The notes: a model not told the origin generated them from the letters alone. Positions 12,444 through 26,410 are shown, counted from the first letter of the whole stretch. The stretch: 63,915 nt of DNA, filler included, from Octopus bimaculoides (GCF_001194135.2; 7 parts of 7 records of this genome joined end to end with filler, not necessarily neighbours in it); one strand, 5' to 3'. Program-made: numbers and translations.

Positions 12444-13442
12444 CCCTTTCGTTACTATATTTCTGACCAAAATACACCCCTCATGAGTTTCAATTAAATT
12501 CTAAACTAGTCTCATTAAACACCTGTAACTTTTTTATTTATCAACATATTAATGTGATATTTGGAACATAATTAAAGAAAGGGTTCTTAATCAATTCTAT
12601 TGCATAATTTTTGTCTCAAAGTTCTCCACGTACTGGGGTACTGTGTCTCTCACATGTAAATATTGGTTAAGCTTTACGAATCGTACTCGTTCATACTGGA
12701 AATATTTTCATCGCCAAAAGGTTCCTGATCGCTCCAGTAATTTGTTATTCTGGGTAACTGTCTAATACCCATAATAATATTTATGGCAAAAAATGCCCGT
12801 ATTTCATCTAGTTGCAGGAAACCACAAGCTATCTTTTTTTTCCGGCTTGTTTACATTCTGCGTAACGGTTCGTTTCCGCAGTAATCATTTCAAACAAGCA
12901 TGAAAAAGAAGTCTAAAGGTTTCGCTTCCTGAGAAAGACTATGGGTAGACCCTGTTTCCTCAGAAAAATTGTTAATAAAAATATTTTAAAAATCTTTACT
13001 CCATTCTGGTGTAAAATCATCCTCGCTGTCGCCGCTTTCAGTTTCGGATACAGAAATATCCGATTCATTATCGTTCACCACCTGCTTTTGTAGCTCATTC
13101 ATTCTTTTCTTCGATATCTCCATATCTTCTGTTGAAAAACCTTCAAATTCGGAGTCACTGCTTGATAGCATGAAACTCCTCTCCATCTTCAAAGTTGAAA
13201 AAAATTAACGCTGCAAAAAATGTGGAAAAAAATCTTCCAAAATTCACTGAGTTCAAATATCACGCCAAACCATGTCGGATACAATAACTCAACTGTTTGC
13301 AAAGTGAAATCAGGTGTTTTAACGAATGTACTAACGAGATTTGGGTTCAAATATACATTTAAATAATAATGGCTACGGCCGGGTTGGTCTTATGAACCAA
13401 AAATTTTTTCGGCCGGCTACCGCCGGGTTAGTAAGGAGAGGG
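12444..13442 (-). mobile_element. Non-autonomous piggyBac deletion derivative
   Basis: TTAA at 12440-12443 and 13443-13446; termini CCCTTTCGTTACTA and CCCTCTCCTTACTA; acidic N-terminus MERSFMLSSSDSEFEGF and LFEMITAETNRYA relic. Confidence 0.85.
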
Positions 13443-14540
13443 TTAAGGTCCAGATGAACCCACTCAAACTTGTACAATTCATTTTTCCCCATTTTTGAAA
13501 GAATGTGGTTACATAATCTTTGTTTAAAGTCAATAGAACATGAACCTATTTAATAATTAGAAATACCATCAGCTGTTACTGTACATCAATAAACTAGGTA
13601 TTTTCTGAGGGCTTGCCTTTCTAATGGACGTATTATACTAATTTGCTCCTACTGTTACAATAATGCTTATTAACAGTAACCCTATGTTTGCTATTGGCAA
13701 AAGTAGTGTGGACTCCATCTTGAATATTCGATATCACTCTATGGAGATTAGTGGTTTTGTTATAGATTAAATTAGGTATATTATTGGAGTCTTTAGGCAG
13801 CTCATATTTGTCGTTTGGGTTCAGTTACTTCCCTTATACTAGCTTCTGTATAGTTTCCCTATTGTTTCCACCACTGCTGCTAGCCAAACAGATGTTCATT
13901 ATCCTGATATAATCATTCTTATCATGTCCTACCTTATCCATAGTTATTTTCATCACTAGTCATATTATTACTATTTGTGCTTATTGGGTTCATTCAAGTG
14001 AATTTTATAATTCTCTTGAAATTGTGTGCTGCAATAATTTGGATTAGATTCTTAGTTGTCGAAAAAGCAAACCTAACTGTTGTCGATTGAAAAACTAACT
14101 GTATTCGCTGGATGGTGGAAAGTGCCAGTCTAACGCAGTGAGAAATTTTGCAGGTATATATGTGGCTATGTGGGTCCTGAAGACTGCATTAAACCATAAT
14201 ATATTGTCTAGATCTAGCTTCCCTTTTGGTGGGGTTTTACCCACCAGCATAGGTAAAACTTTGAACAAAGCTGTGTAAGAATGTCTCCCTTAGATGAATA
14301 TTTGCTGAAACTGACTTCAATTTAAATCAACTAAATGCACAACATCAAAGGATACTAGGACACTTACCCAGCAGAAACACATGTCGGATTGGAATTTGAT
14401 GAGAATAAATCTTTAGCAAATGAATTTTGAAAATATATAATTCTCCATTCTTCTTTACAATGTATATCATTATATAAAACAGCTGGATTCAGTCCCATGT
14501 AAAATTGATTTTATTGTAACTAAACATAAAAACAAATATG

Positions 14541-14916
14541 TTCTGAATTCAAATTCCATCGAGGTCAACTTTGTCTTTCATCCTTTCAGGGTCAATAAAA
14601 AAAAAAGTACCAGTTGAACACTGGGGTCGATGTAATTGACTCATTCCCACCTCCTCCAAGCTTCCCTCGTGGCATAAAATTTGAAATTATTATTATTATT
14701 ATTAAGGCTGCAAGCTGGCAGAGTGGTTAGCATGCCAGGCGAAATGCTTAGCAGTGTTTCGTTTGTTTTCACATTCTGAGTTCAAATCCCACCAGGGTTG
14801 ACTTTACCTTTCATCCTTTTAGGGTCAATGAATTGAGTACCAGTTGTGTACTGTGGTCAATCAAATCGACTCCCCCCTCCCCCCAAAATTACTGCCCTTA
14901 TGGCAAAATTTGAAAC
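14541..14916 (+). mobile_element. Two tandem copies of tRNA-derived SINE family C; other copies: 3381-3538 (+), 28170-28337 (-), 55762-55977 (+), 59868-60510 (-, three tandem)
   Basis: AGCTGGCAGA..GTTAGC head, GAGTTCAAAT box B, CCTTTCATCCTTT..GGGTC.AT..A.TACCAG central domain, (ATT)n tail. Confidence 0.82.
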
Positions 14917-15207
14917 CATTATCATTATTGAACCAGTATCACAAATTATGAACCTGTCATGTCCAGAATGCTCCCGATCCAATAAAACAAAATATTCATT
15001 AGACAGCTAGAAGTGTCTAGCCCGAATTCTTTTGTCCTAAAGAAATAAAGAAGCCAACATCTGTCCCAGGGAGCAGGAAAAAAAAAAAAAAGAAAAACAC
15101 TGACATATTGTATTCTTGAGCAAAACACTTCATTTCATGCTGCTCCAGTCCACTCAGCTGTAAATGTGTACCAGTGACATAGGTGAAGCCTAACACACAC
15201 ACACACA

Positions 15208-15238
<31 letters not shown>

Positions 15239-15449
15239 AAGCGAGATTATGAATGCTTCCAGAATTATAGCACTTGATTGGTATTGAAAAGCCAAGAGAC
15301 AAAGAGCATGCTTATGTAGATTTATGACACAGAGTATAGAATGTAAGAGAGAAGGGAGGTCCAATTAGGTTGTTAAAAACTGCATGTACAGATTAAACAG
15401 TCCATTCATTTGAGCCAAGATAATCCCTTGTTGAGGCAGGGTTTCCCCG

Positions 15450-16320
15450 GTGTGAAGTTATCCCTGTATCCCTATCATTATCAGTCAATAGAGAGTTTAG
15501 TAAATGGATCAAAATCCACAATATCAAATCAGGTAAACCTTACCGTCTCTAACACAATTGGCATCACAGGTGTTGTGCCAGAGGAGAGATTCTCCTCATG
15601 TCATTATTGATCTTCTGAGAAGATGTTTACTCACTAAATCGATCTTTAACTTAGCAGATTTAATCAACAAAGTTCAATATATTATCTTTAACCCCTTAGC
15701 TTTCAAATTAATCATGGATTATCTTGTAGCTTCAAGATTTTGACAACAGATTGTTTATTTTTAAAATGACATTGTAGGGTAGGTGTGAGAGGCCAGATCC
15801 AGCTGGTTTGAACATATTTGGGTCAGATATAACTGTTTTAAATGCTAAAAGATTGTTATAAAAGTCTTTACCCCATCATCCCTATCTAAATTAACAGCTG
15901 TCCTGTTGGGTTTCCCTATTGATGCTGATGTAAACCTGATCGAATATCCCCCACAGGACTTCTAAATAATATTATTTCTTAGTAGCATATCCCAGTTCTC
16001 ATTTCCTATCCTGTATAAGCCTTCAGTCTTATCGGAATAGGACAAAGACTTCTCTGAATTTTGTCATCTGCTCATGTCAGAGCTAAACTTGTGTTAGAAG
16101 GGAACAGAGAACTTACAGACTTTTCAATCTGGATATGGGAACCAAGCAGTCAGTTTCAAAGGTTTCCAATTTTCCTCGGTCCTGAGTGAGACTCTTCAAG
16201 ACTTAATCCCAAAATACTCAGAATCTGTGAGTGGTTGTGTGTAGTCATGATAGAAGGCAGCTTTCCATCTCTTTTGCCTGATGAGGTCATTCATCTTCTC
16301 TAGCAGCTTCCTTTGTATAA
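15450..16320 (-). mobile_element. Naiad-like Penelope N-terminal/RT fragment
   Basis: Hand translation gives RWKAAFY...YFGIKS, SDKTEGLY...LLRNNI and FDIVDFDP motifs in shifting frames; interrupted by a short repeat at about 15690-15855. Confidence 0.55.
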
Positions 16321-16878
16321 TGTTCGTTTGAAGGAGTTGGTATATTTTTGGTGGAAAAACCAAGATTATACAAATCCATACTGCAGTAATATATATAATT
16401 TTCAGTGACAGTGTGTAGTACACTGCCAAGAGTAAATATATAAAACACAAGTCACATGGCAGACCATCACAAAATACCCTGTGTTGAACAGAAGAATACA
16501 AGATGTCTAGGGAAGGGGTCATGAGCCAGGAAAAAAGGAGCAGACAGCTGGAAGCACTCATATTGTTTTATTATGATTATTATTATATGTAATTATATTT
16601 TGCATCATAATGTTCTCAGCATTTAGTTCAGGTTTTTATTAATGCTACCAAAAAGCTTTTCGTTTCTTTTTTGACCAGATGTTGTCTTTCGTACCTTCAG
16701 TGCAAAGGAACGCTGTAACCTCTGTATGGGGAGTATTTGGGATTGTTCCTTTACACTTGGAACAGACAACGGAATACAAAACATTTCAATGATATTTTGA
16801 CTGTAATTGGCTCATAATTCATAATGCTGAGTTAATAATATATATCTATACATATGTGTGTGTATGTATCTATATGTA

Positions 16879-16929
<51 letters not shown>

Positions 16930-17134
16930 CTTTGTAGTTACTTCTGTACACTGTTCATGTTAATATCCAGGATTTGAACACAGTGATCTTTGGTGGATTA
17001 TCATAGTCATTGAAACACACATGCACATATGTATACACACACACACATACACAAATATATATTTACAGACAATATGTACCTGGTTAAAATGAAACAACTA
17101 TGAAAATGAAATGAGTCAGAAATGGGGTGAACTA

Positions 17135-18328
17135 TTAAGTAGAATGCGTTTGTTTGTGCAGCATTAGTTTGTCTCGTTGGGAGAATTGTTTCCCGCAGAA
17201 TTCACAGCGATGGGGCTTCTCTCCAGAATGGGTTCGCAGATGCACGTTTAACGCATCTTTTCGTGCAAACAGTTTTTCACAAATAGAACAATGATACGGT
17301 TTGACACCGGAATGAGTTCGTTCATGTATCTGTAATTTGTCTTTCTGAGAGAAACCCTTTGAGCAGTAACTGCACACGTAGGGCCTCTCCCCTGTGTGGA
17401 TTCTGATATGGATATTTAGGGTGTCGCGACGAGCAAAGCGTTTCGAGCAGAACACGCAGCCAAAGGGTCTCTCTCCAGTATGAGTTCTTTCGTGAATGAT
17501 TAACTTGTCTTTTTGGAAGAAACGGCGCGAACACATACTGCAACCGAAGGGTCGGATACCGCTGTGGGTTCTCTCGTGGACTTCCATAGTTCGACGACGC
17601 AAGAATGGATTGCCACATATGTTACAATGAAATGGTTTGTTGAGAGAGTATTTGGTGTAGGAGTGATGCTGGTGTCGTTGTGGCGGCTGATGTTGTTGTT
17701 GTTGAGTCTGTTGTTGTTGTTGCTGAGTTTGTTGTTGTTGTTGTTGTTGCTGCTGCAGCTGCTGATGTTGCTGAGATTTCTGCACTGAAAACAATGGCTT
17801 TGAGTTAAAGACACTGGCATTGAGAACACTGTTGCTGAGAGTGCTGCTGTTGAGGCTGTAGTGACCACTGGAACTCAGGTTCAGTTTCAGGCCAGAACTG
17901 CCTTTACCTCCCCCACCTGAGCCACTGCTGTTGTTGTTAGTGTTGTTGCTGCTGCTAGGGCTACAAATAGAGTTCTTCTTGACAGCTGAGTGTGATTGCA
18001 GGAAAAGGTTTTGTGAATGAGATGTCACTGATGATGAAGAAGTCGTATCCTTGCTGCCAGCATCGGCCATGCCAGAATGTGCAGATCTTTTATTTCTTTT
18101 GTCACTGGAATCTTTCACCGAAGTGCCATTGTAATTAATCTTTGGATTGTTGTATTGAGTCGGCTGGTTGCTGGAGTAGTGACTATGCGGTTGATGTTGG
18201 TGTTGCTGATGGTGGTGTTGGTGGTGATGGTGTGCTGGATGTCGCTGTTCTTGACCGATAGTCTCAGGAAATACCTGCTCCCCCACCTGCAGATGCAGGT
18301 TTCGAGCTTCCCTTTGAGGAAACTGCAT
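17135..18328 (-). CDS. C2H2 zinc-finger protein, 397 aa, 6 C-terminal fingers (17632-17144) after a His/Gln/Ser/Asn low-complexity region
   Basis: Open ORF, AAAATG context, in-frame TAG 7 codons upstream; six canonical fingers with (T/S)G(E/I/V)(R/K)P linkers; polyQ from CAA/CAG repeats. Confidence 0.93.
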   Translation of the reverse strand: MQFPQREARNLHLQVGEQVFPETIGQEQRHPAHHHHQHHHQQHQHQPHSHYSSNQPTQYNNPKINYNGTSVKDSSDKRNKRSAHSGMADAGSKDTTSSSSVTSHSQNLFLQSHSAVKKNSICSPSSSNNTNNNSSGSGGGGKGSSGLKLNLSSSGHYSLNSSTLSNSVLNASVFNSKPLFSVQKSQQHQQLQQQQQQQQQTQQQQQQTQQQQHQPPQRHQHHSYTKYSLNKPFHCNICGNPFLRRRTMEVHERTHSGIRPFGCSMCSRRFFQKDKLIIHERTHTGERPFGCVFCSKRFARRDTLNIHIRIHTGERPYVCSYCSKGFSQKDKLQIHERTHSGVKPYHCSICEKLFARKDALNVHLRTHSGEKPHRCEFCGKQFSQRDKLMLHKQTHST

Positions 18329-19177
18329 TTTTGAGAAGTGCTTCTCCTACCAGACACAGCACACCCGCTTCTCTCCAATGTACTACACACCTCTAGTAAA
18401 CGCCACACACTCCTAATATGTACAACACACTGCTACTATAAACCTGTCATACACACTACAGAGGTAACCTTTGGTTTCCAGTTTAAAATTTGAAAGAAAA
18501 ACAGAAATACAAATAAAAAATTCCTTTTGTAGGCTAATATAGCATGATATCCTCTTGGTTGATTATATAATACAGTATAATATTGTATAGTATTATGTTG
18601 TAATATGATATGGTATCCTCTTGTGGGCTGATATACCTTGTAGATTGCTATGACAGAATACCTTGCTGTGTTATTGTCAGGTTAATAAAGAATAGATTTC
18701 AACAATATTCTCCTGTGAGATCTTTCTCTAATTGCCAATCTCCATTTTATATCCATGATATCACATGAGGAAAGAGTTTGAGAAGATCCAGCAGTGGAAC
18801 AATCATACAACACACAGCTACTTTGCTACGAGATCTTAGTTTCCAGTAGACTAGACTCCACCGAGTGATGTTGTCTTTCTGCTCCAAGATGTCATCACTC
18901 AAGTGGGAACGGCAGTTCTGTATGTGAAGAGGAGAGAGGATGATGTTTCCTTAAACTTTCTCTTCTGATGTTCACAGGACCACTGGACAAGGTGGCTAGT
19001 CTCACACCTCCAACAAATTCCTACAAACAAACAGCAAAACAAATAAATAATAGCCAGGTAAATATTGACAAGCAGTTTCATACAAACTTGGGGGGAACAA
19101 CAGACAACTCATTACATTTCTATTAAAAAACTTCTGGGTTTCCCCTATTTTACCTCACTATATCCATAATGTATACT

Positions 19178-19400
19178 GGAAGGCACATGTCCTAGTGGTA
19201 AGAGTAGCGCATTCTCAATCACTAGATCATGAGTTCAATTCTTGGATCAGGTGGTGCATTGTGTTTTTGAGCAAAACACTTCATTTCACATCGGTCCAGT
19301 CCATTCCGCAATCAGGGTAGCCTTCCAATCAGCGAGAATGTTGGCATGCTTGCCTGACCAGCAGAATGGACCAGCAATGTACAACATGCATTGGCCTGGT
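19178..19400 (+). mobile_element. tRNA-derived SINE family D; related pieces at 15095-15192 (+) and 38200-38400 (-, partly tandem-duplicated)
   Basis: CCTAGTGGTAAG box A, GAGTTCAATTC box B, GTGTT(C/T)TTGAGCAAAACACTTCATTTCA central motif. Confidence 0.7.
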
Positions 19401-22127
19401 CAACACTGTGATATCCATAATGTAATGTCTCAGCAAAGCATCGACACATTTTTAAGGCCCAGGGCCAGTATTTAATTCAGATTTTAAGGAGTGAAATGGA
19501 TGTAAGATATATTTTGTCTTTCTTCCCTACAGACTATATATGAGATTGTCTTACTATCTTCCACATACCTAACACTTTTACAAAAGAAGACCCTAAGTGT
19601 CAGGTAACATTCTAACAGTCTATCACAGGTAACACTCCCCGACATATTTTGGTACATATTTCTGACAAACCGGTGAACTGTGGTCATGCAGAATATAGTG
19701 TTCTGTCCAAAAATAAAATGGATAAGAGATGTCTCAAGATATTGTTTAGATCATATAAGCTTCAATGATCACATCATCATCGTCATTTAACGTCTACTTT
19801 CCATGCTAGCATGGGTTGGACGATTTTACTGAGTACTGGTGGACCAGGTGGCTACACCAGGCTCCAATCTGATTTGGCAGAGTTTCTACAGCTGGATGCC
19901 CTTCCCTAACAATAACTCTCTAAAGAGCTCAGCTGAGGTCCACAACAGAAGACTGCTCCCTCCCACAAATGTGGTGTGGCAGTGTCACTGTAGCTGCTGC
20001 TACGCAAAGACCTTCCAGATTACACCCAGAGGAAGTCTACTGAAATAATTGACATGAAGTCACATTCAGACACACACAGCTTCTGTTTCACAGACAGATG
20101 GTCCCCTCAGTGCTTTCTACCATTACTGCAATGGCCTCCGCTCCTCACAGATATCTGATCTCATTCCACCTTCCACTCAAACTCTCTCGAGCTACTTGTT
20201 TCTCTTTTCCTTTCATCTCCCAGGCCCCTGCGCTACTCATTACAAACAGTCCGTCCTGCCTTCTTTCCCAGAATGTCAGCTCTGCGTTTACTCCTTCCCT
20301 CTAAGTATTCCCTGCAACCACCAACTTGACAACAGTTCTTTAACAGAACCAATCGCCCTGGTCTCACACACCCTGCAAAGACCACCAGGGACCACCGTCT
20401 CAGTTTCAAACCTGACGAACGGCTCTGCTTGTTTAGCTCCAAGTCAGGCATGACTGAGTAAGATTTATAACACCAACCGTGACCATTACGTCCTTTTTAA
20501 AGTCAATATGCCTGCCCCCGCCACCTCCGACTATGCTATCCGATGAGGTCCTTTTTTTGTTGTTGTTTTAAGACGCTGTCTTGATGGACATTTGGCTACT
20601 ATTTCTAGCATATGAAAAGGTCAAGCGGGTGATCTATTATTGGTTGGATCTCGTTGTAAAGTAAAAAAGAAAAATCAATGACTGTTAAAGGTAACCCCTT
20701 ATATTGACCGCATAGAAGAAAGAATTTATCTGCCCAGGCGTGATTGAACTCAAGACATTAAAGAAACGAAAGTACATAAAGAGCGTTTGTCTGCCGTTTG
20801 CACTGTTAAATCTTCAGCTCAGAAAATAACAAAATAAGGATTGTTTTGCTATTTAAGACCAAATGTTAATGTCTGTTGATGAGGGATTGAATGGAAATGG
20901 CGGGCGAGGGTGAAAAGAGAAAGGGAGAGGAGGGGGAAAGAGGGAGAGAGAGGGGAGAGGAAAAAAAAGGACAATACTGAATTGTGGATGTTGAGAAGGG
21001 AGAGAGAGAACAGGGGATGGAAATAAACATTTTAAGGGTCAAGTTTCGTAACGAAAATTTTAGTAATCGAGAGTCAATAAGAATCGGAGTCGACGAGGAG
21101 GGAAAAAAGACGATATTTGAATTAGAAATCATTACAAGAGCTAATGTCAACAGATGCACTGAGAGGCCATCTTAGTGGAGTCAGGGGCTGCTGGACAGAC
21201 ATTTAGGATGAAGAGGCCTTCAGGGCTCTCTCCTTCTATATATATATATATAATGAGCAAAATGTATTAGTGATAATAACAGCAACAGCAAGAAAGATGT
21301 AAACAGTTCTGTGTGTGTGTGTGTGTGTGTGTTTGTATAGATAAATAAATCTAAAATTTTTAAACTGGATATTTAAAACGAATCCCCTAAAAAAGTGAAA
21401 ACGAAAAAGCGACTGAGTTAATCACCAGCTTCGAACATACAAATTTATTCTACAATACAAATTAAGTAGAGCATATTGCTGTGTGTGTGTGTGTAACATC
21501 AAAAAATAGTTTTGAAAATAGCAATCTCTATTCTATTCCAAATGCATAAATATATATATATATGTAAACAAGTCTGCAGAGTATTCAGAAACGACATCGT
21601 ATCTGACCTTTTGCAGCGGTTTTCATCTAATATTCACTAAATGTTTTTATATAAACAATGGGAAATAAACTGTAATTATTTATTTATTTAATCTGTTTAC
21701 GACATAAAGCTATGGAAATAAAAAACTGTATATATATGAACTTACCGATAATGGATATACATAGTAGTGTATATAAGGTGATATAGTATTATATACTAAA
21801 CACATGTAGATTAGATATATCTATAGGGAGAGAGAGGATGAAGATGAGGAGGGAAGGTTTTTGAAAGAAACAGATTTACAATGAATGATGGAGAGTCACT
21901 AAGAGAGATAACTTAGCAACCGGTGTTGGCCGAATATAATGTCACCAGAGAAAATACTTTTGATAGAGATTGTATTGTATGGCTTTATTTGTTTTAATAG
22001 GAAATATGGAGACGGGGCGAAGTAAACACTTTTTCGGTAAAACTAAATATTAAGGGATTTGGTAATCTTCCAGTTTCGAGAGGTTAAAAAAGTAAATAAA
22101 ATACAAGGGAAATAACTGAACGTCTTA

Positions 22128-22440
22128 CCAGTATTATCCGTACTAGTTTGTTTATAAATAAATCACGTGATTTGATTGACATTAACTGTTTATATATAAA
22201 TCACACACGTGATTGAATATCATAGTTTCTTATGAGAAATCGAAAATGCCTCGTGGAAGACCGGCTGCACAACATCCTATTGTTGCTGAAAACGAAATCC
22301 TCACTCGTGAATTAATATTAGAGAAAAAAAACATTTTCAACTTTTATGAAAAAAAATTCCGTCGCATGCTGTTTTAGATTCTTTTCTGCCTGTTAAAATT
22401 CCGTCGCATGCTGTTTTAGAGAAAAAGTAGTACGGATAAT
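22128..22440 (+). mobile_element. Short TIR element with a 43-codon ORF (MPRGRP..., 22246-22377); right end runs into a gap
   Basis: ATTATCCGTACTA (22133-22145) and TAGTACGGATAAT (22428-22440); TA just before the left end; internal 25-bp direct duplication. Confidence 0.55.
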
Positions 22441-22601
22441 NNNNNNNNNNNNNNNNNNNNNNNNNNNNNNNNNNNNNNNNNNNNTTAATTAATTAANNNN
22501 NNNNNNNNNNNNNNNNNNNNNNNNNNNNNNNNNNNNNNNNTATATACATATACACACACATACACACATATACATATATATACACACACACATATACATA
22601 C

Positions 22602-22644
<43 letters not shown>

Positions 22645-22934
22645 CACACACATACACACATATACATATATATATACACACACACATATACATATATATA
22701 TATATATACGCACACACGCATCAGCAAGAAACACATTGACAACAACAACAATAATAATGATAATAACAAGGATAATACTAAAAATAATTTACAATCCATA
22801 TATGTATATATATATATATATATAGCATCGATAAACACACACAATGACAATAAAAAAAATTATCAAATAAAAAATCATTTTTTTAAAAAATCCAAATTTA
22901 AAATAAGACAAAAATAGCAACAAATGCAACAAAC

Positions 22935-22965
22935 ATTAAAATAATAATAGTAATAATAATAATAA

Positions 22966-22996
<31 letters not shown>

Positions 22997-23177
22997 AAGA
23001 AGAAAAAGAAGAAGAAAAAGATGATGATGATGAAGGTAATGTTGATAATAATAATAATAATAATAAGAAGAAGAAGAAGAAGACGAAGAAGAAGAAGAAG
23101 AAGAAGAAGATTATGATGATGATGAAGGTAACGTTGATAATAATAATAATAANNNNNNNNNNTAATAATAATAATAA

Positions 23178-23208
<31 letters not shown>

Positions 23209-23251
23209 AAGAAGAAGAAGATGATGATGATGAAGGTAACGTTGATAATAA

Positions 23252-23282
<31 letters not shown>

Positions 23283-23333
23283 AAGAAGAAGAAGAAGAAG
23301 ATGATGATGATGATGATGATGAAGGTAACGTTG

Positions 23334-23387
<54 letters not shown>

Positions 23388-23460
23388 GTAATTATAAGAA
23401 GATGATGATGAAGGTAGCGATAATAATAATAGCGTAATAATAATAATAATAATAGTAACA
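22935..23460. repeat. Compound trinucleotide higher-order repeat
   Basis: [(AAT)n(GAA)n(GAT)n GAAGGTAAYGTTGAT] units; spacer at 23032, 23124, 23232, 23321, degenerate at 23410. Confidence 0.85.
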
Positions 23461-23686
23461 ACATTAACATCTGCTATGGTAATAACAGGGATAATAATAA
23501 TAATAATAATAATAATAACTAATAATGATATTAATAAACGTAATAATAATGGCAGAAATAGCAATAAAATAGCTGTAAGAGCAGCAGCAGCAACAGTAGT
23601 AGCGATAGTAGTAGTGATGGTGGAGGTGGTGGTAATAGCAATAATGATGATGATGATGAAAGCAATATTGAAAACAACAATAAGAA

Positions 23687-23736
<50 letters not shown>

Positions 23737-25805
23737 GCTACAACAATAAAAATAATAATAATAATGATGTATAATGATGATGTTAATAATAATAATTAAG
23801 AAAGACAAACACCTGAGAACACAAATTGCTTTTAAAACACATTGCGATAAACATCCACATACATTCACACACATACATATATAAATACACATATCTACAT
23901 ATATATACTTAAACATTATAAATATGTATATAGATATAAATAAACACATATAAATATATAAGTATATACATATATACATACATATAAATATATATGTATG
24001 TGTGTGTATATATATATATATGTATGTATATGGCTTTTTCTCTCTTTATTAATCTAATAACACTTCTATATTTCCCACTTAACAACCAATTTATAAAATA
24101 TTTTAGATTCGTCTTTTATTTTTACACTTTTTTACTGTTTGTTGTTTTTTTGTTACTTATTTTAACTTTTTTTTTTCTGTGTTTTCTGTGATATTTCTTG
24201 TCTTTGCTAATTTATTTCTTCCGATACATTTCTGTAATTTCATTTATATACATATATATATCTACATACATATGTTTCTGTGTGTGTGTGTGTGTGTGTA
24301 GTTCTGTCAATCGTGGAAGTGATCATGAGATGGTGAAGGGAGTAAGGTTTGTATAGCATGATTTTGTGGTTAAGGGAAGTATGTATGTATATATATACAT
24401 ATATATGTGTGTGTGTGTGTGTATACACACATATGTATATGTGTGTGCATGTATATATATATGTATGTGTATATGTATATATGTGTGTGTGTATATATAT
24501 ATATGTATATGTGTGTGTGAATATATGTATACATACACGTATATATGTATGTATATATATATATGTACTTATATATATGTGTGTGTGTGTGTGTGTGATT
24601 TTTTGTAAATTTGTTAAATATATGGTTTTATATGTTGACAATGTATGTACATAACATAAATTCATATATGAGCAATATCTATAATGGATAGATTTTTATA
24701 ATTATATTATATATATATATACTTGTCCATAAATTTACGTATGTACATGTGTGTGTATAAATTTACACACACACACATATATACACATACATTCTTGTAC
24801 GTACACTAATAAAATCTATTCATATATGTATATANNNNNNNNNNNNNNNNNNNNNNNNNNNNNNNNNNNNNNNNNNNNNNNNNNNNNNNNNNNNNNNNNN
24901 NNNNNNNNNNNNNNNNNNNNNNNNNNNNNNNNNNNNNNNNNNNNNNNNNNNNNNNNNNNNNNNNNNNNNNNNNNNNCATCATCATCATCATCGTTTAACG
25001 TCCGCTTTCCATGCTAGCATGGGTTGGACGATTTGACTGAGGACTGGTGAAACCGGATGGCAACACCAGGCTCCAGTCTGATTTGACAAAGGTATACATT
25101 ATTATACATAAATATCATCCTCATCAACATTTTAACATCCCATTTTCCATGCTTGCATGGGTCAGATGGAATTTGTTGCAGCAGATTTTCTACAACTGGA
25201 TGCCCTTCCTATCACCAACCCTCACCTGTTTCCAAGCAAAGTATTATTTTCTCAGAGCCAGACATATATTCATAGAAATTGGAAATGAAAAACAGCTTGT
25301 ATGACATCGATAAATATCATGTGATGTCAAGACAAAGATACACACACACATATATAAATACATACATATACATGCATATACATATAAAGCACAGTTGTGT
25401 GGTAAGAAGCTTGCTTCCCAACCCCATGGTTCCAGGTTCAGTCCAACCATGTGGCACTTTGGATTAGATGTGGTTGATTCGTTCATCTACCTTGGCAGCA
25501 CTCTCTCTAGAGATGGATCCCTTGATTCTGAAATAAACCTGAGAATTGAAAATGTCAGCAAAGTATTTGGAAGGCTTGAAAATCATGTGTGGTGTGATAG
25601 AGGTATCGCCTTCAGAACCAAGCTTAATATCTATGAACCTTGCCTTTTGACTCTTTTACTCTTTACGTTTTATATATATATGTATATATATATATAAAAT
25701 AAGCAGAAAATGGAGAAAACATTTGATCAACAAATGTACCCTATGAGCATACTGTGCTTGTATACTCATGCCCAGGGTTAACATAGGTAATTGATACTCC
25801 TTTTA

Positions 25806-26226
25806 ACTCTTTTACTCTTTTACTTGTTTCAGTCATTTGACTGCGGCCATGCTGGAGCACCACCTTTAGTCGAGCAAATCGAACCCCAGGACTTATTCTT
25901 TGGAAGCCTAGTACTTATTCTATCGGTCTCTTTTGCCGAACCGCTAAGTTACGGGGACGTAAATACACCAGCATCGGTTGTCAAGCGATGTTGGGGGAGG
26001 GGGACAAACACAGACACACAAACATATACACACACATACATACATACATATATATACATATATATACATATATACGACGGGCTTCTTTCAGTTTCCGTCT
26101 ACCAAATCCACTCACAAGGCTTTGGTCGGCCCGAGGCTATAGTAGAAGACACTTGCCCAAGGTGCCATGCAGTGGGACTGAACCCAGAACCTTGCGGTTG
26201 GTAAGCGAGCTACTTACCACACAGCC
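25806..26226 (-). mobile_element. SINE family A, full length
   Basis: Reverse complement of the 27064 copy throughout. Confidence 0.88.
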
Positions 26227-26410
26227 AGATATTCTTATCCCTTAGATGGTTATTACAATCACTAACTCTGCTTACCTATATATATATATATATATATATA
26301 TATTTTAAATTCAATGTATATATATCTATACGTGTATACCTCTATATGTATATACATGTGTGTGTGTGTGTGTGTGTGTTTGTGTGTGTATACACACAGT
26401 ATACAGGATG

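Noticed and set aside
16679-16800. Plus-strand acceptor and short open frames
   Set aside because: No recognisable product or matching donor; cannot be supported.
20408-20450. CTGACGA at 20412 as a hammerhead
   Set aside because: No GAAA and no consistent stem I; at most a heavily decayed relic.
22875-23979. Long homopolymeric ORFs (polyI/Y/F/L/S)
   Set aside because: Trinucleotide repeat read-through with no coding signature.
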